Made by a program: the position numbers and the translations under genes | Origin: Camelus ferus | Lineage: Eukaryota | Reading direction: 5' to 3' | NCBI RefSeq assembly: GCF_009834535.1 | Contig: NC_045707.1 | Span: 46,130,001 to 46,194,000, forward strand | DNA: 64,000 nt | Notes under the pieces: generated by a model | The model's database searches: none | Seen by the model: only the letters and a program-made list of their open reading frames with translations | What the model was told of the DNA's origin: nothing | Shown: piece after piece, positions 49,241 through 62,053 of the stretch | Layout of the letters: every line of letters begins with the position of its first letter | Numbering within the stretch: the first letter of the stretch is position 1

Positions 49241-49824
49241 CAGTATTTGCAACTGCATTCTCTCCTAACATCCTCTGTTCTAGACCTTTGAGAATTGGTT
49301 ATACATATATAAAATATTTGTGCAAAGGATATATATCATATGAGATGTTACTGAATTTTAGAAAGGTTTGTGAGTCCTCTGCTTCAGAGACTGCAGGCAT
49401 TTCTGCATCATGTTTTCCATAATCACCAACATCACCCTGCAAGGAAGCTTCAGAGTTTGTCAGGAATAATAAGACTCAGGCTTCCTTGTCCCAGAATCAG
49501 GAGAACCATGTTAGGATCTTGGCCTGTCTTAAAGAAAATAATATACCAGTCTGTAGCTTTGGGAAGGAACAGTAGAGTAACTTCAGTGTTTCATCAGGAC
49601 CAAGAAGTTAAGGGAAACTTAAAAACTACTCACCAGAATAAGTCATAACTAATAGACACACTCATTGTAGAATCCAAGGATTAGGCTTAAAAGAAACCAT
49701 CGCTTTTTGAAATGCAAATATCAAGTTAGAAAATTAAAATATGTTTTTCCATCTTTTTCTGATGCGGGAAATAAACTTAACATGGGCTAAGTATTTCTCT
49801 GGTGTCAATTACTGCCCACATTTT

Positions 49825-49965
49825 TCAGAGGGTGGTTCCCAGCATGACTAGCAGTGGAATCACCTGGGATGCTCTTTGCCATCCCTTGTGGTGGGCCCAG
49901 GAATCTGCATTTGTGAAACATCCTCAGTGATTCTGATGGCCTCTAAAGGTTGAGAATCATCATTG
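49825..49965. mobile_element. MER5A-like element
   Basis: GGAATCACCTGGGATGCT...GGGCCCAGGAATCTGCATTT...GTGATTCTGATG...TTGAGAATCA. Confidence 0.75.
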
Positions 49966-50501
49966 TAAGTGGCTGGGGGAAAGTGGCTAAGCGCTTAGAA
50001 GGAGGACCACAGGGCTCTTAAGTTGAACCAAAGACAATATCCGTAGGCGATATCTTCCCTTTGATAGGAAAAGGGGGAGGCTTACAGTCTTAGATTTCAA
50101 GCATCTTTAATTGTTGGATGATTCTGCTTCAGTTTCTCTCTCCTCATTTTTATGTTCAGACGTGTGGGTGTCTGTATTCACTGCTAACGCTAGACAGAAA
50201 GAAATAGCACTAATCAATAAACTTCAGTGAGGAATTTTTCAGATGCAAAAAGTGTTGCTGTGAGCTATAAACCATGACTTCCAACAGCAGCAATTAATAA
50301 TAGTCATCACTGAATAATAAGTGCCAGTGTTTCCTGAAGGCATAGTGTTGGGCACTTTATTTAATGCATTATCCCAGTCTGTCCTCCAGTCGCCTTACGG
50401 ATGAACAGGTGTGGATGATACCTCCATTATTAGACAAGGAGACTGAGGCACAAATGTTAAGTAACTTGTCCCGCATCACAAAGGTGGGGCAGAGTTGGGA
50501 C

Positions 50502-51015
50502 TGATGGGGTCCAGGACACGCTCCCCAAAATATGGCACTAGGCATATTGAAATTTTAAGCTAAAGGAATTTGAGAGAACAGCACAAACAGGGAGGTCACT
50601 CTGACCTTTCCTCTCCCTGCTCCCCTGACACAGGTCATAACACCCTCAAGTGAGAGGTGTCTTCCCTGCACCCAGAAGAAAGGAGCATCCTCATCTCCAA
50701 AGACAAAGGGACCTCCAAGAAGAATCTGAACAAACAGGAATCTGCTGTTTCCTCCACTTTATTGCATGACCTCCTACTCCTTACCATAGCACATTCCTGC
50801 ACCACGTGACGTCCTCCTCAAACCTCCTGTAGAAGTCCTCAGATTTAACTACTTCATGGGGTCTTCATTTCCATCTGAAAGTTCCTGTGTCACATAAAAC
50901 TTATATGAATTATACATGTATGTCTTTCTCCTGTTACTCTCTCTTTGTCAGTTTACTTTTCAGGCCCAGCCAGGGACCCTAAGTGGGTCGATAAAAAACT
51001 TTTTCCTCCCCAATC
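50502..51015 (+). mobile_element. ERV1 solo LTR (MER34A-like) inserted in an antisense MIR (about 50290-51075)
   Basis: TGATGGGGTCCAGGACACGCTCCCCAAAATATGGCAC...CAGCCAGGGACCCTAAG; 4-bp TSD GGAC at 50498-50501 and 51016-51019. Confidence 0.85.
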
Positions 51016-51109
51016 GGACTTTAAGACCAAGTCCATTTAACATTAAAGCCTCTTTGCTCTTAACCTGTGAGCCATACTGCCTTATTCTCAGCAAGAATTT
51101 ATTATTCTC

Positions 51110-51364
51110 ATAGACTCACAGACACAGAGAACAAATGTATGGTTACCAAGGGGTAAAGGGAGTGGGAAGGGATAAATTGAGAGTTCGAGATTTGCACCTC
51201 TTGGGGAGTGATGGAAATGTTAGCTATCTTGATTGTGCCGGTGGTTTTATTGGTGTATACATACACCAAAATTCATCAAGTTGTACATCTGGAATATGTG
51301 TAGTTTACTGTATGGGAATCATACCATATTAAAGATGTTAAAAATAAATAAATAAAATAAAATA
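51110..51364 (+). mobile_element. Chimeric L1 insertion: young L1 3' UTR piece joined to an old L1M-type 3' end and A tail
   Basis: GACTCACAGACACAGAGAACAAA...GGGATAAATTGAGAGTTCGAGATTTGCA then GTGATGGAAATGTTAGCTATCTTGATTGTG...; near-TSD AAGAAT...TATTCTC on both sides. Confidence 0.7.
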
Positions 51365-51904
51365 AAGAATATATTCTCCTCGAGGCTAAAAAAAGTAGAA
51401 TCTGAAGAAACCTTGACTACAACACACATAAATTTATAATAAACTCACCTGAAAAGAAAGACCCCATCAGAACTCGCCATCCTAAGAGATCTATCTGACA
51501 TGCACGGAGGCCATTCTCTTGTGTCTCAGAAACCTGGTCACCAAAATTAATAAACATTGGTGTCCATATCCTGTGAGCCCCTTTAATGCTTCTAGAAAGT
51601 TTCAAGGGTCAGATTTCTCTTGCCTCCCTGGGTCTGGGACTCTTGACTTCGGACGGCCTGTTATAACTGCTGCTCACGACTTGCCCTGAAGCCTTATTGG
51701 TGGATGGTGTAGAGAGGGATTACACACCTGGGGAAAAAAAGATCTGTCTAGAAGTGTGCAAAACCACCCCAAATTACTTTTGCTGAAATTCAGGCACCCA
51801 CTTTGAGCCAGGCCCTGAGGTAATAAAATGGGGTATCCAAAGACATTTCGACCTCAGAAATTCCCAGGGCAGATGGGACACGTGCACAAATCATTACAAT
51901 CTGA

Positions 51905-52140
51905 GGCAACATGGAGGAGAGGGCGCGAGCTCTGGAGTCAAGCTGATCCAAGTCCAGTGCCCCCACTGCCCTGTGAAGGTCCCTAACCTTTCTCCACCTC
52001 AGTTTTCTCATTTACAGAAGGAACAGTACTAATAATAATGTGTCCTCATGGAGGATATTGTGAGATTAAATGGAATAAAATGTATAAAAGTCTTCACAAG
52101 ATTCTTGTAGTGTAGTAGGTGCCCAGTGAGTAATTTTATT
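51905..52140 (+). mobile_element. MIR SINE
   Basis: GCTCTGGAGTCA...CCTCAGTTTTCTCATTTACAGAA...GTAGGTGCCCAGT. Confidence 0.8.
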
Positions 52141-52467
52141 ACCAGCTTTTCTCACTGTTACATGAGAAACTACATGAGACAGAATATTATTTAGGGCAAG
52201 AAGAAAGAGATATTGCTTCTAGTCATTGAGAAAGACTCCTTTGAGGAGGATCATTTGCTCTGGGCCCTGAGGAGAGGAGTTTCTGTGAGAGAGGAGGGTT
52301 AGCCCATCCAGCGGAGAGGCAGAGCTCAGCGATGGGACAAGCAGGGCGTGTGTCGGGAAGGGTGAGCAGAGCAGGATGGCTCAGGTACAGAGTCGGGGCG
52401 GCTGTAGAAAGGGAGGAGGGAGAGCTGGTCAGAGGTTGTATGTGGAAGGTCTCAAATGGTGATGTCC

Positions 52468-52984
52468 TGTAATGGAGCAAAGGGCTCGTGTGCCCACTGT
52501 ACAGAAAGCCAAACTCTGACGGCGAGAGTTTGCAGCAAAGTCAGGGTTTACTACAGGGCGCCAAGCCAGGGAGTGGGAGATGAGCCTCAGATCCACTCCA
52601 ATTCGGTCTTTGAGGTAGGGGTTTCTTAAGGGGCCAAACAAAGAACTTGGGGTTAATCGTATCTTGTGACATTTCTTAATGGTAGTTTTGGGAGTCAGGA
52701 TGTCTCTGGTTTACAGTTCTCTGGCCCAGTGATGCATGGCTTGGGGGTCTGTGAGCTCATCTTGCCCTGGAATTCGTAGGTTGATGATGATATCTAGAAG
52801 AGCAGTTTTAGCACCTTAACCATGTTATCGACAACAGCAGTTTCAGTCATCTGACTCTGGTTGGTTAGTGTTCAGTTAGCAGAGAAGTGAGGTCAGAGGG
52901 GACAAGAAAGGGAATAAAGTTTTGGATAGAGAGATTAATCATAACCTTGATAAGGGAACCCGGTTTCGGGGGAACTCAGTTTCA
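52468..52984 (-). mobile_element. ERV1-type solo LTR
   Basis: TGTAATGGAGC...GAAAGCCAAAC...CAGGGCGCCAAGC...CTCAGTTTCA; TG..CA ends, flanks GTCC/GTCA. Confidence 0.75.
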
Positions 52985-53049
52985 GTCATATTTATTTCAT
53001 AATCCAATTTCGGTCTTGATGCCAAACACCCAGTAAAGAATTGCAATAC

Positions 53050-53110
53050 CTTCTCCCTCTTCCTCTTCCTCCTCCTCCTCTTCCCCGGCTCTGCCCCTCC
53101 CCGCCCCCTC
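53050..53110. repeat. Polypyrimidine (CCT)n low-complexity tract
   Basis: Directly visible. Confidence 0.85.
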
Positions 53111-54774
53111 AAATCCTGTCACCATTTATAATACTCATTATCCTAGCTAAGGCTGCCTTGGAGGCAAGGAGAATACCCTTGCAGCCTTAGGAGGCAACTC
53201 TTTTGTAAATTATGAGTGCATCGCCGAAACTGTATTCTCACCTCTGCCCCACCCTGGCCATTCCTTGTCACAGCCACCACAGCCCAGAAGACAGTGCCAT
53301 TTGGGAGTTGCTGTCACTGGGAAGCCTGGGACCCCAGGCCCTGGGGAGCAGGGAGAAGGAGAACCAATCTCGTTTTGCAGAGATACAGGGGGATGTTGGG
53401 AAGAATTGTGTAGAGAGGGTGATTTAGCTGTTATCTGCTTGGATGTGGGATTGATTCACTCCTACTCAGAGGTTCTTGGAGCCCAGAACATTACATAAGT
53501 GAAACGCCTGATGCATTTGGTCTCTGTAACACTTAATCCACCACCTCTGCCCCCGCTCAGCATTTTCAGTATTTGCATTGTACAGTGATCACTAAAGACC
53601 AGGACTTGACATCTTAAATATTTAAAAATTAAAAGTAAAACCCTAAGGGGTCTGTTCTTTGTCCCTCTAATTGGAGATGGCCATATCCACGTCTCCATGA
53701 GAAATGGACACAGCTGGGGAACTGGGGCAGGGCTGGAGTCGTGTGTGACCTTGCCCTAAGTAAGGCTTCAATTCAGAAGTATTTAAGGGAGAGTCTTGAA
53801 GCTTGTCTGGTCTATAATTAAACTGACTGTTCTGGTTTTTCTTTGCACAAGCATTTACTATTAGCTGGAATTTGGGTACAGAATTGTCACATTGTCAGAT
53901 CCAGAGCAAACTGATAGTATGTGACAGTCAGCATTTTCAGAGGACAGACAGTGCTGCAGGCTTGGGCCTGACAACCTGATTCACAGTCAGGCGGCCTCAA
54001 CAGCACCGATTGTAGGAATGAAGTGTAAACATGCAGGTGTTTCTCAAGATGCAACATGTGGAATTGTTAAGCAATTGCTGAATTTTTCTTGTTCCCTTGA
54101 ATCAACTGGTGAAAGTTGTGGACACATATCCAAACAGGTTGCTTCCAGGCTGCATACGTTACAATACATATCTTTTAATGCTTACTTACCTTCAGTCACA
54201 AGAAATACCAGGATTACCTTGCGTTTGTAGAAAGTACTTTTACTAGCTCCACCTCATCTGATTCTTTCCAGAATCGAGAGGCGTAATAAATATTATCCTG
54301 ACACTGAAGTTGGGCAGATGGCACAGGTGACAACAGTTCAACAGTAGCTAGTCCAGAGGGACCAGCCAGCTAGATTTTCTGCCTCCAGGTACAGTGTGTG
54401 GGCCTCTCTTCCACACTGTCACAGAATAGTATGGTTTGATTAATTTTTCTAAAGCCCTGATTTTTCAGCTTCCCTGGAGAACTGGAGTAGGTCATCTTTT
54501 TGTTTCTTTGTTATGTTGACCCAATTATACATTCCCCGCCCCCCCCCATAGATCTCTCCATCCTGTAGGACGTGGGAAACAATTTTTATGCATAGCCAAG
54601 GATTTTTTAAAATCAAATATAAGCAAAATCTGAATTTCTTTGGAGCAGGAAACAGGGAAAACAAATACCTCATCTTTGCTGATTGCTCATATAGAGATGC
54701 TAACAAAAACTCAGAAAGGGGTTGGGTTTTAGAAATTCAGATTATTTTGTTGTTACCTAAAATAAAACCTACTT

Positions 54775-55470
54775 TGAATATAAATTGGTGCAGCCACTGT
54801 GGAAAACAATATGGAGGTTTCTCAAAAAAAACTAAAAATAGTACTACCTTATGACCCAGCAGTTCCACTCCTGGGTATATATCTGAAAAAAACAAAAACA
54901 CTAACTTGAAAAGATACGTGTTCCCCAGTGTTCATAGCAATATTGTTTACAATTGCCAAGATACGGAAGCAACCTAGGTGTCTATCAACAGATGAATGGA
55001 AAGAAGATGTGAGATATATATATATATCTACACACATACCACTTAGCCATTAAAAGCATGGAATTTTGTCATTTGCAGCAATATGGATGGACGTGGAGGG
55101 TATTATGGTCAGTGAAATAAGTCAGACAGAGAAAGACAAATACTTTATGATATCATATGTGGAATCTAAAAGATACATCAAACTAGTGAGTATAACAAAA
55201 AAGATACAGGCTCAGAGATACAGAGGACAAACTAGTGGTTCCCAGTGGCAGGGCTGGTAGGGCAATACAGGAGTAGAGGAATAAGAGGTACAAACTATTA
55301 GGTATAAAATGAGCTACAAGGATATATTGTACAACACAGAGAATACAGCCAGCATTTAATAATAACTATAAATGGAGTATAACCTTTAAAAATTGTGAAT
55401 CACCATATTGTACACCTGTAACCTACATAATATTGTATATCAACTATATTTCAATTAAAAAGAAAAGAAA
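54775..55470 (+). mobile_element. L1 3' portion (ORF2 end plus 3' UTR), 5'-truncated
   Basis: AAATTGGTGCAGCCACTGTGGAAAAC...CATTTGCAGCAATATGGATGGAC...AACCTTTAAAAATTGTGAATCAC, then A tail. Confidence 0.9.
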
Positions 55471-55944
55471 AAATAAAGCCCCCCTTCTCTTTAACTGCAG
55501 CCCTCGCTCTCTCTCCATCCCCTTCTTCACAGGCCAACCCTGGGGAGACCTGGATGCCTCCCTGCGCTCGTTCCTCCCTCCCTCTCACCTCTCACTCTTC
55601 TCCAGTCTGGACAGGCCCAGCTTCATGTTACGGTCCCCAGTGGTCTCCATGTGAATCAATTCAGTGGGAGGTTTTTAGGACTCAGTTCCTCTCTTAGCAG
55701 GATTTAGTGCAAATTATGTCCTTAGAAAAGTTATTTAACTTCTCATGGGATAGTAGGGAGGTGTGAATGAGAGAGTTGGTGGGAAGTGGTGAGCACGGTG
55801 TCTGCTGCCGTGATAAGCAACAATAAATGATGAGCATTGCTTTTATCTGCACACTCTTCCTTGTTTTTGTGACAATGTCTTTTCTGGTTTTCCTCTTACA
55901 CCTTCAGTCCCTTCTCCTTTCCCACGGTGTCATGAGATGTTGAG

Positions 55945-56695
55945 ACATATTCATTCCACAAATAATTTAGCAAGTGGATATTTCATGCCAGAAAATTTTC
56001 TTGACCCTAGGGCTACAGCAGTGAACAAAATTAAGTGGCTGGCTTTATGGATTTATATGTGGGGGTGGGAAATTATGAAAATTAATATGTAACACACTAG
56101 ATGATTGATATATAGTACATATAAATATAATACTATATTATATATAATGAACTGTATGTCAAGTGGTTATATATCAGATGTTAATAAGTTTTAGAAAGCA
56201 GGGAAAGGGGGATGGTTGAATGCTGCAATTTAGAATAGGATGCTCAGGAAAGTCTTAACCAATTGGCTGATATTTAATTAGAGACCTTAGGAAGTAGGGA
56301 GTAATACATGTAGAATATCTAGGAGACCATTCAGGCAAAGGGAACAGCAAGTGCAAAGGCCCTGAGGTGGGGAAACACTTGGTACATTTGAGGAACAGAA
56401 AGAAAGCCATTTGTGCCTGAGCAGAGTGAGCCCAGCAGGAGAGGGGTGGAGGTGGAGACGAAGTCAGAGAAATAACCTTCAATTAGGAGAGGGGCAGGGT
56501 GGATCCTGAGACTTTTTCCAGGCACCGTAAGGACTCTGCTTTACTCTGAGTGAAATTAGAGGCCATTGGAGAGTCTTAAGCAAAGGAATGACTTTAGTTT
56601 AAAATAATCACCCTGGTTTCTGTGTGGAGAATAGACTGTTGGGGCCAAGGGTGAAAGCAGAGGACTGGCTAGGAGGCTATTGATGTAGTCCAGCA
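55945..56695 (-). mobile_element. L2a 3' portion
   Basis: AGGGAACAGCAAGTGCAAAGGCCCTGAGGTGGG...GGCCATTGGAGAGTCTTAAGC...AGGAGGCTATTG. Confidence 0.85.
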
Positions 56696-56849
56696 TTTCT
56701 CTGGGTCTGTCCCAGACCCTTCCCCTGCCATCTTGCTCTCTCTTCTGGACTACACTTGCCTTCAAATAGCATCTATGTGCCAAACAACTCACGTACTGAC
56801 TTCTCTTGCTCCTACCTCTCTTCTGACCTCCAGCCTTACTTCTCCATCT

Positions 56850-58200
56850 GTTTACCTCCATACACACTTGGTGGCCACTCAGTACGTCCAGATGTACCCA
56901 TGCTCCTCCACGGCCCCTCTGGCCCCTCTGGGGCTCATATCTCAGTAGATGGCACCACCACCCACCAGTTGCTCAGGAGCCCTCCTCGGAGCAACCCTTC
57001 CTTTAGCACATCCCATCTGGGGAATCACCAAGTCCCGTGGTTTCTATCCCCCAGCATCTCTCAGCTGGACTCAACACTGCTCTACTCCAAGGCTCCATCA
57101 CTGTTTGCCTAGCAGAGAGCAGTAGCCTCCTAACTGGTAACTATATCTACTCCACTCTTCTGGCTACAACTGGGCAGTTAAGTGATATTTTCCACAGAAA
57201 CGTAGCACTCCATGAGGAGTAGTGAAAAAATATTTTTCTGTTAAGATGTGCACTTCTCACAGTGGAACAGTCTTTTAAGTTAGTAAAGGGAAACTTACTA
57301 ACATCTGAAGTGTTTACTTTTGGATTAGGTTACTGGACTGGAGAGCTACCCAAGGACAGTAGGCATCCCACTAATATTTGCATGATTAGAACACTACTTC
57401 CCAGAATAAAGAATGCTTTTCTTTATTATCATATCTGGGCAAACCCCAGATATGAACTGTAACATTTTCCCTTGACCACAGGAAGCTCACTAATGTCTGG
57501 TTTTGAAAAGTAGTTTTGTACCTACATCCTGCTACTCAGAGCACCTCGCTACATAATTAGGGAATTTTTTAGCTAAAAAAGGGGTGGAGTGGGTGTAGTA
57601 CATATGCATGTTCCCTTCTTTAGTTTTATCAGAAGAAAGAAACTAGGTTCTCCACTTCCACCCCAGCTGTGGCCAGAGTGACCTAAAGTGACCACAAACT
57701 ATCCGATCATAGGACACCTCTGCTCAGAACCGATCCTTGGTTTCTGATTGCCCTGGCACTCAATTCCAGGTTCCCTCGTCTGGCCCCTTAGGCCCTACAT
57801 GATCTGGTACTTGCCCTCTCCCCTGCTTTAGCCCTTATTTTTTCCACCTGCCTTAGATTTGTCTCTATTTCTCAAGTATACACCACTCTCTCCTCAGGTG
57901 TCTTTCTCCACCCCTTCTGCACCCACTTAAAAGCTGTTCTTCCTTTAGGCTTCACCTTAAATATCTCTTTATCAGGGATCCTTTCCCAACTCCTGGATCT
58001 GGTTAGGTCTCCCTGTCATAGGCCCCTGCGCACCTGTTTCTTCCCCAGAGCCCGCATCACACTGTACTTACTTGATCAGTGTCTGTCCTCTCGGGTCCGT
58101 GCGCTGCTCCGTTCAGCCAGGTGCTGTCGGTGGTCTCATTCCGCCACGGTCTCCCAGCAGCCTGGCCAAAGCCTGACACAGCGTGGGCCCTCAGGAGACA
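56850..58200 (+). mobile_element. Fragmented L2 pieces
   Basis: CTCAGTAGATGGCACCACCACCCACCAGTTGCTCA; GGCCCTACATGATCTGG; CCTGACACAGCGTGGGCCCTCAG; includes non-L2 gaps. Confidence 0.6.
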
Positions 58201-58651
58201 CCAGCTGGCTGGTTTGCTCCGGTTTTGCTGTGAATGCCAGGCTGTTTCATAAACAAAATGATTTCCAAGTGAAGATTGCACTTGGCACTCCCACTAATTT
58301 GGTGATTCATTTTATTAATAGGAAGAGGGTACAGTAGTTGGACAAAGTGTACCTCTTTAACAAATGGAAATAGATCTTCCAAGGGGGTGGTGAACTGAGA
58401 GAGCAGGAGAGCTGGGATGACTGTGGCTGTTCTCTCAGCCTTGTTTTGGGCTTCATTACACTTGGTCCTGTTTCATAAACTGCAAGACTTTATATGCCTG
58501 ATCCAGTGAAATAAGGTTCCTCACACTCCAGACTTGAATGAATATGCATAGTGTGTTTGCCCTGAGTTGAAGGTCTAGACAGGGGAGTTTGGGATTGTGA
58601 AGATAGAAAATATCTTCACAAACCCCCAAATCCAAAATTAAGTTACTTTTG

Positions 58652-58977
58652 GAGAGGGAAGGGGGAAGGGGCAGCATAGGGGTAGGGGAGTATGAGGTAC
58701 AAACTGCTGTGTATCAAATAAGCTACAAGAGGGGGTGCGTATAGCTCAGTGGTAGAGCACATGCTTAGCATATACGAGGTCCTGGGCTCAATCCCCAGTA
58801 CCTCCATTAAAAAAATAAATTAAATAAGCTACAAGGATATATTGTATGACACGAGGACTGTGGCCAACATTTTATAATAAGTATAAATGGAATATAACCT
58901 TTAAAAATTGTGAATCACTATATTGCACACCTGTAACTTATATAGTTTTATACATCAACTATACTTTAATTTTTTTA
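58652..58977 (+). mobile_element. 5'-truncated L1 3' UTR with TSD, containing a nested SINE
   Basis: TSD AAGTTACTTTTG at 58640-58651 and 58978-58989; same 3' UTR type as 54775-55470. Confidence 0.9.
58730..58821 (+). mobile_element. Camelid tRNA-derived SINE (Vic-1-like), short form
   Basis: GTATAGCTCAGTGGTAGAGCACATGCTTAGCATATACGAGGTCCTGGGCTCAATCCCCAGTACCTCC; perfect 14-bp TSD AAATAAGCTACAAG at 58716-58729 and 58822-58835. Confidence 0.95.
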
Positions 58978-59909
58978 AAGTTACTTTTGCTCCCCCCGCA
59001 CCACCAAGTTTGCTGTCAGAAACTGCAGATACACTCTGTGGAGTTGGTGGCTATTTGTACAGTATATTTTATAATTTGTATAGTAATGTCCATAAAATAA
59101 GGGACAGGTTTCCAATTTCCATTGGTGTAGGATGTACTCAAATCCTGCCAAAAGTGTCTTCCATTTTAAAAAGACTTAATCCAACCTTAAAGACTTCAGC
59201 TTCCTTTTCAAAGACATGGCTTCTTTTCTTCAGGAAGTATGTGTTTCTACAGGGATGCAAATTGGATTTAAAATACTGAAGGAAGTTGATTTGATTTACT
59301 GAGTATACCTCGGGCAACTGAGAGAAGGCTCTCTGAGATTTACAAAGAATAATTACCTGGTTTGTCAGTATACAACTTTGGATTACAAAACTGCACAAGG
59401 TTACACAGATAGGGTGCCTGGAACTTTTGATGTTTCTCTTTTTAAAAACACTGCCTAATTATGGATGTGGTGATGTAAAAACAGAAGCCTACTCATTCCC
59501 TTCCCAATTCCCATTCTACTGAGGATGACCCAAGGGCCTGACTTAGATTTCAAAGTGATCTGAAAGAAAATTGAGGACTTTAAGGAAAAACAGCTTTAAC
59601 CTTAGGCTCTAACCTCATGCATTAAATGCGAGCAGGACACGGCAAGCCTGTTCATGAGTGTTACTTGCTGTCTGTTGAAAGCTAATTTTGTGCCACAGGG
59701 CTCCTCCCAGTAGTAATAGTACATGTCCTTTGAGTCGTTTTCATTACAGTAAATAGGTAATAGGTCCTGCTCTTACTTAGCCAGTCATGTGATTCAGACT
59801 TACCATGTGGGGATTTAAGATGACCTTTGTGCTCATAGGTGTGAAGCATCAGGTCTCAGTTAGCACAGTGGTCCTCTGGTGTTTTCTTGCAGATATGTAG
59901 TTACCAAAC

Positions 59910-60055
59910 TGTTTTTGTTTGTTTGTTTGGGGGGCTGATTTTGTTTTTTATTCATTCATTCGTTTGTTTGTTTGTTTGTTTATTGGCTGGGGATTGAACC
60001 CAGGACTTTGTGCATGCTAAGCATGCACTCTACCACTGAGCTATACCCTTCCCTC
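59910..60055 (-). mobile_element. Camelid tRNA-derived SINE (Vic-1-like)
   Basis: GGGGATTGAACCCAGGACTTTGTGCATGCTAAGCATGCACTCTACCACTGAGCTATACCC. Confidence 0.9.
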
Positions 60056-60734
60056 AACAGATTGTTTTAAATAAATGTAAATTATTTATTCTCTCTGCCA
60101 AATCAAGCTATTTCTAATTAACAGGATCACAGAAATTGAGCACCAGTGCTCAGTTTGATCAGACATTTCCCAACTAGGCTGTAAGTCCTATGAAACAAAT
60201 ACCAAGTTCTAAGAAGCTTTCACATTTACTACATTCTGTGTTCCTTAGCTTGGTTTCTGGTGGAAGGTAGTCTTGCGTTTGAATCAGTGGCTGGCTGATT
60301 CTTGTACCTTTATGTGCCTCTCACCGTGAACATTAGGTGATGGGTATGTAGGATACACTCAGTAGATTTCTTATTGTTTAGATGAGGTAAGACTAGCTAA
60401 AGTGTCTGCATTGCATTTCTTTCAGATAATTCAAATAATGCTTCAAAAGATTATGGACTTTTTCATCACTGATTAATTAAAGTCACACAGCCAAGATTCC
60501 ACTTGATTTATACCTAAATATGTATTCATTTATCCTTTCTTAAGTAAATGTCAATTATGCTGCCAAAATAGAAACCAGTAACAATCCGGAGATTGAATAG
60601 TAGGACGTAAACCCAAGGTTTTAAGACGCTGTTGAGTCTAATTTTGTATAATGCCATTATAAATATCAGTTTTGTATTTAATATAACTTGGTTCAGTTTA
60701 TTTTCTTTGCAAGTGTAGGGAGATGGGGAAGGAT

Positions 60735-60920
60735 TGGTGTGTGGTATCAGACAGATTTGGGTTTAAATCAGTCACTCCAAGTGACAGTGGGCAAGTTTCC
60801 TAACCTGGCTCAGTCTTAGCTACACTGTCATAGGATGGTGACAAGGATACTGTGAGGTGTGCGTGTGAAAGTGCAGAGATGCAGACTGGGCCACCCAGCA
60901 GGTGCCCACAGTAACTGTGG
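60735..60920 (+). mobile_element. MIR SINE fragment
   Basis: TCAGACAGATTTGGGTTTAAATC...GTGGGCAAGTTTCCTAACCT...CAGCAGGTGCCCAC. Confidence 0.65.
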
Positions 60921-61876
60921 CCTCTTCTCTCCCTCTTCTACGCCCCCTTCCTCCAGCTCTGCCACTGGTTTAGTGAGTCATTTTACATTTTACATATCTG
61001 TGCCTCAGTTTCCTCATCTAAAAAAGACAGTTGGACCATACACTTTTGAAGGTTCTGGAAAGTTCTACTGTTGTAGGCTTTTAAAGTATAAATATGTAAA
61101 AAAAGAGTTCCTACTTGGAAAAATAGTTGATACCATACTTAGAATTATGACTGATCTGTAAATGAAAATATCTATAGAGCCTGAACTGTGTCTATTTTTT
61201 ATGCTAAAAATGAATTCTTTGGAGAGCAAGATAATTGGAAAATTCAGAAAGCACTGATAATTTCTTGCATTCACCTAAAAGAGCAATGAAATTCCATATC
61301 CTACAGCCTTGAAATGAGTAAATGGAAGGATGTAAATATTTATTGGAATGAGAGTGGAGCAGAGGGAAGATCTACTTTGTCTGCTGGTGGGTGGTGACAC
61401 ATCTATGGATCATTGTTTGCACTAGGCATTTAATAATCCCATCTGTTGAAAATATATTCGGAGGTACTTTGAAATTGCTATAAACTACCTAGAAATTGGC
61501 AGGGAAGTACTCCTGGAGAGATTCCAAACTCTGCAGCAGACCAAGAAATCCAATATAAATCAATATGTAATTATAAAATCCCATCTTTGGCCACAACTCT
61601 TTAAATATACTTATGTAGGCATGGTATAGACGTTTAATACCAGAATCTGAGTCTGCAGAGCCCTTTGCTAACGTCAAGTTCAGTTCTGTTTATTTGACCT
61701 GAAGAACCCACTCCTCAAGTTGAGTCAGCAATGGTGAAACTTCCTCTGCCTCCACCTCCCACCCCCCACCAGTGGTTGCTATGGTGTTGTCTCCACTGGT
61801 ACCTCCATGATCTCCTTGTCTCCCAGGTCCTTTTAAGTAGATCACATCTAGTTTTAAAAATGAATCACTGAATCTT

Positions 61877-62053
61877 TTTTAAAAAATATTTTATTTATTT
61901 ATTATTGTATTATTTAATTATTTTATTTTGGCAGCGGGGTGGGCAGTGGGTTTTATTTACCTTTGGAAGAGGTACTGGGAATTGAACCCAGAACCTCATG
62001 TAGGCTAAGCGTGCTAAGCATGCGCTCTACCACTTGAGCTATACCCTCCCCTC
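61877..62053 (-). mobile_element. Camelid tRNA-derived SINE (Vic-1-like)
   Basis: GGTACTGGGAATTGAACCCAGAACCTC...CTCTACCACTTGAGCTATACCCTCCCC; TSD TGAATC(A/G)CTGAATCTT at 61861-61876 and 62054-62069. Confidence 0.92.

Noticed and set aside
58731..58805. tRNA-like A-box/B-box sequences here and in six other places
   Set aside because: They carry A-rich tails and TSDs and lack a full cloverleaf; they are SINE heads, not tRNA genes.
59150..59260. Minus-strand acceptor plus GCCATG start (MSLKRKLKSLRLD*)
   Set aside because: Only 13 codons, weak donor and no supporting exons; compatible with chance.
60125..60160. Hairpin TGAGCAC-CA-GTGCTCA containing CAGTGC, suggesting an iron-responsive element
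   Set aside because: CAGTGC falls in the stem rather than a 6-nt loop, with no IRE upper stem or C bulge; also too short for a pre-miRNA.
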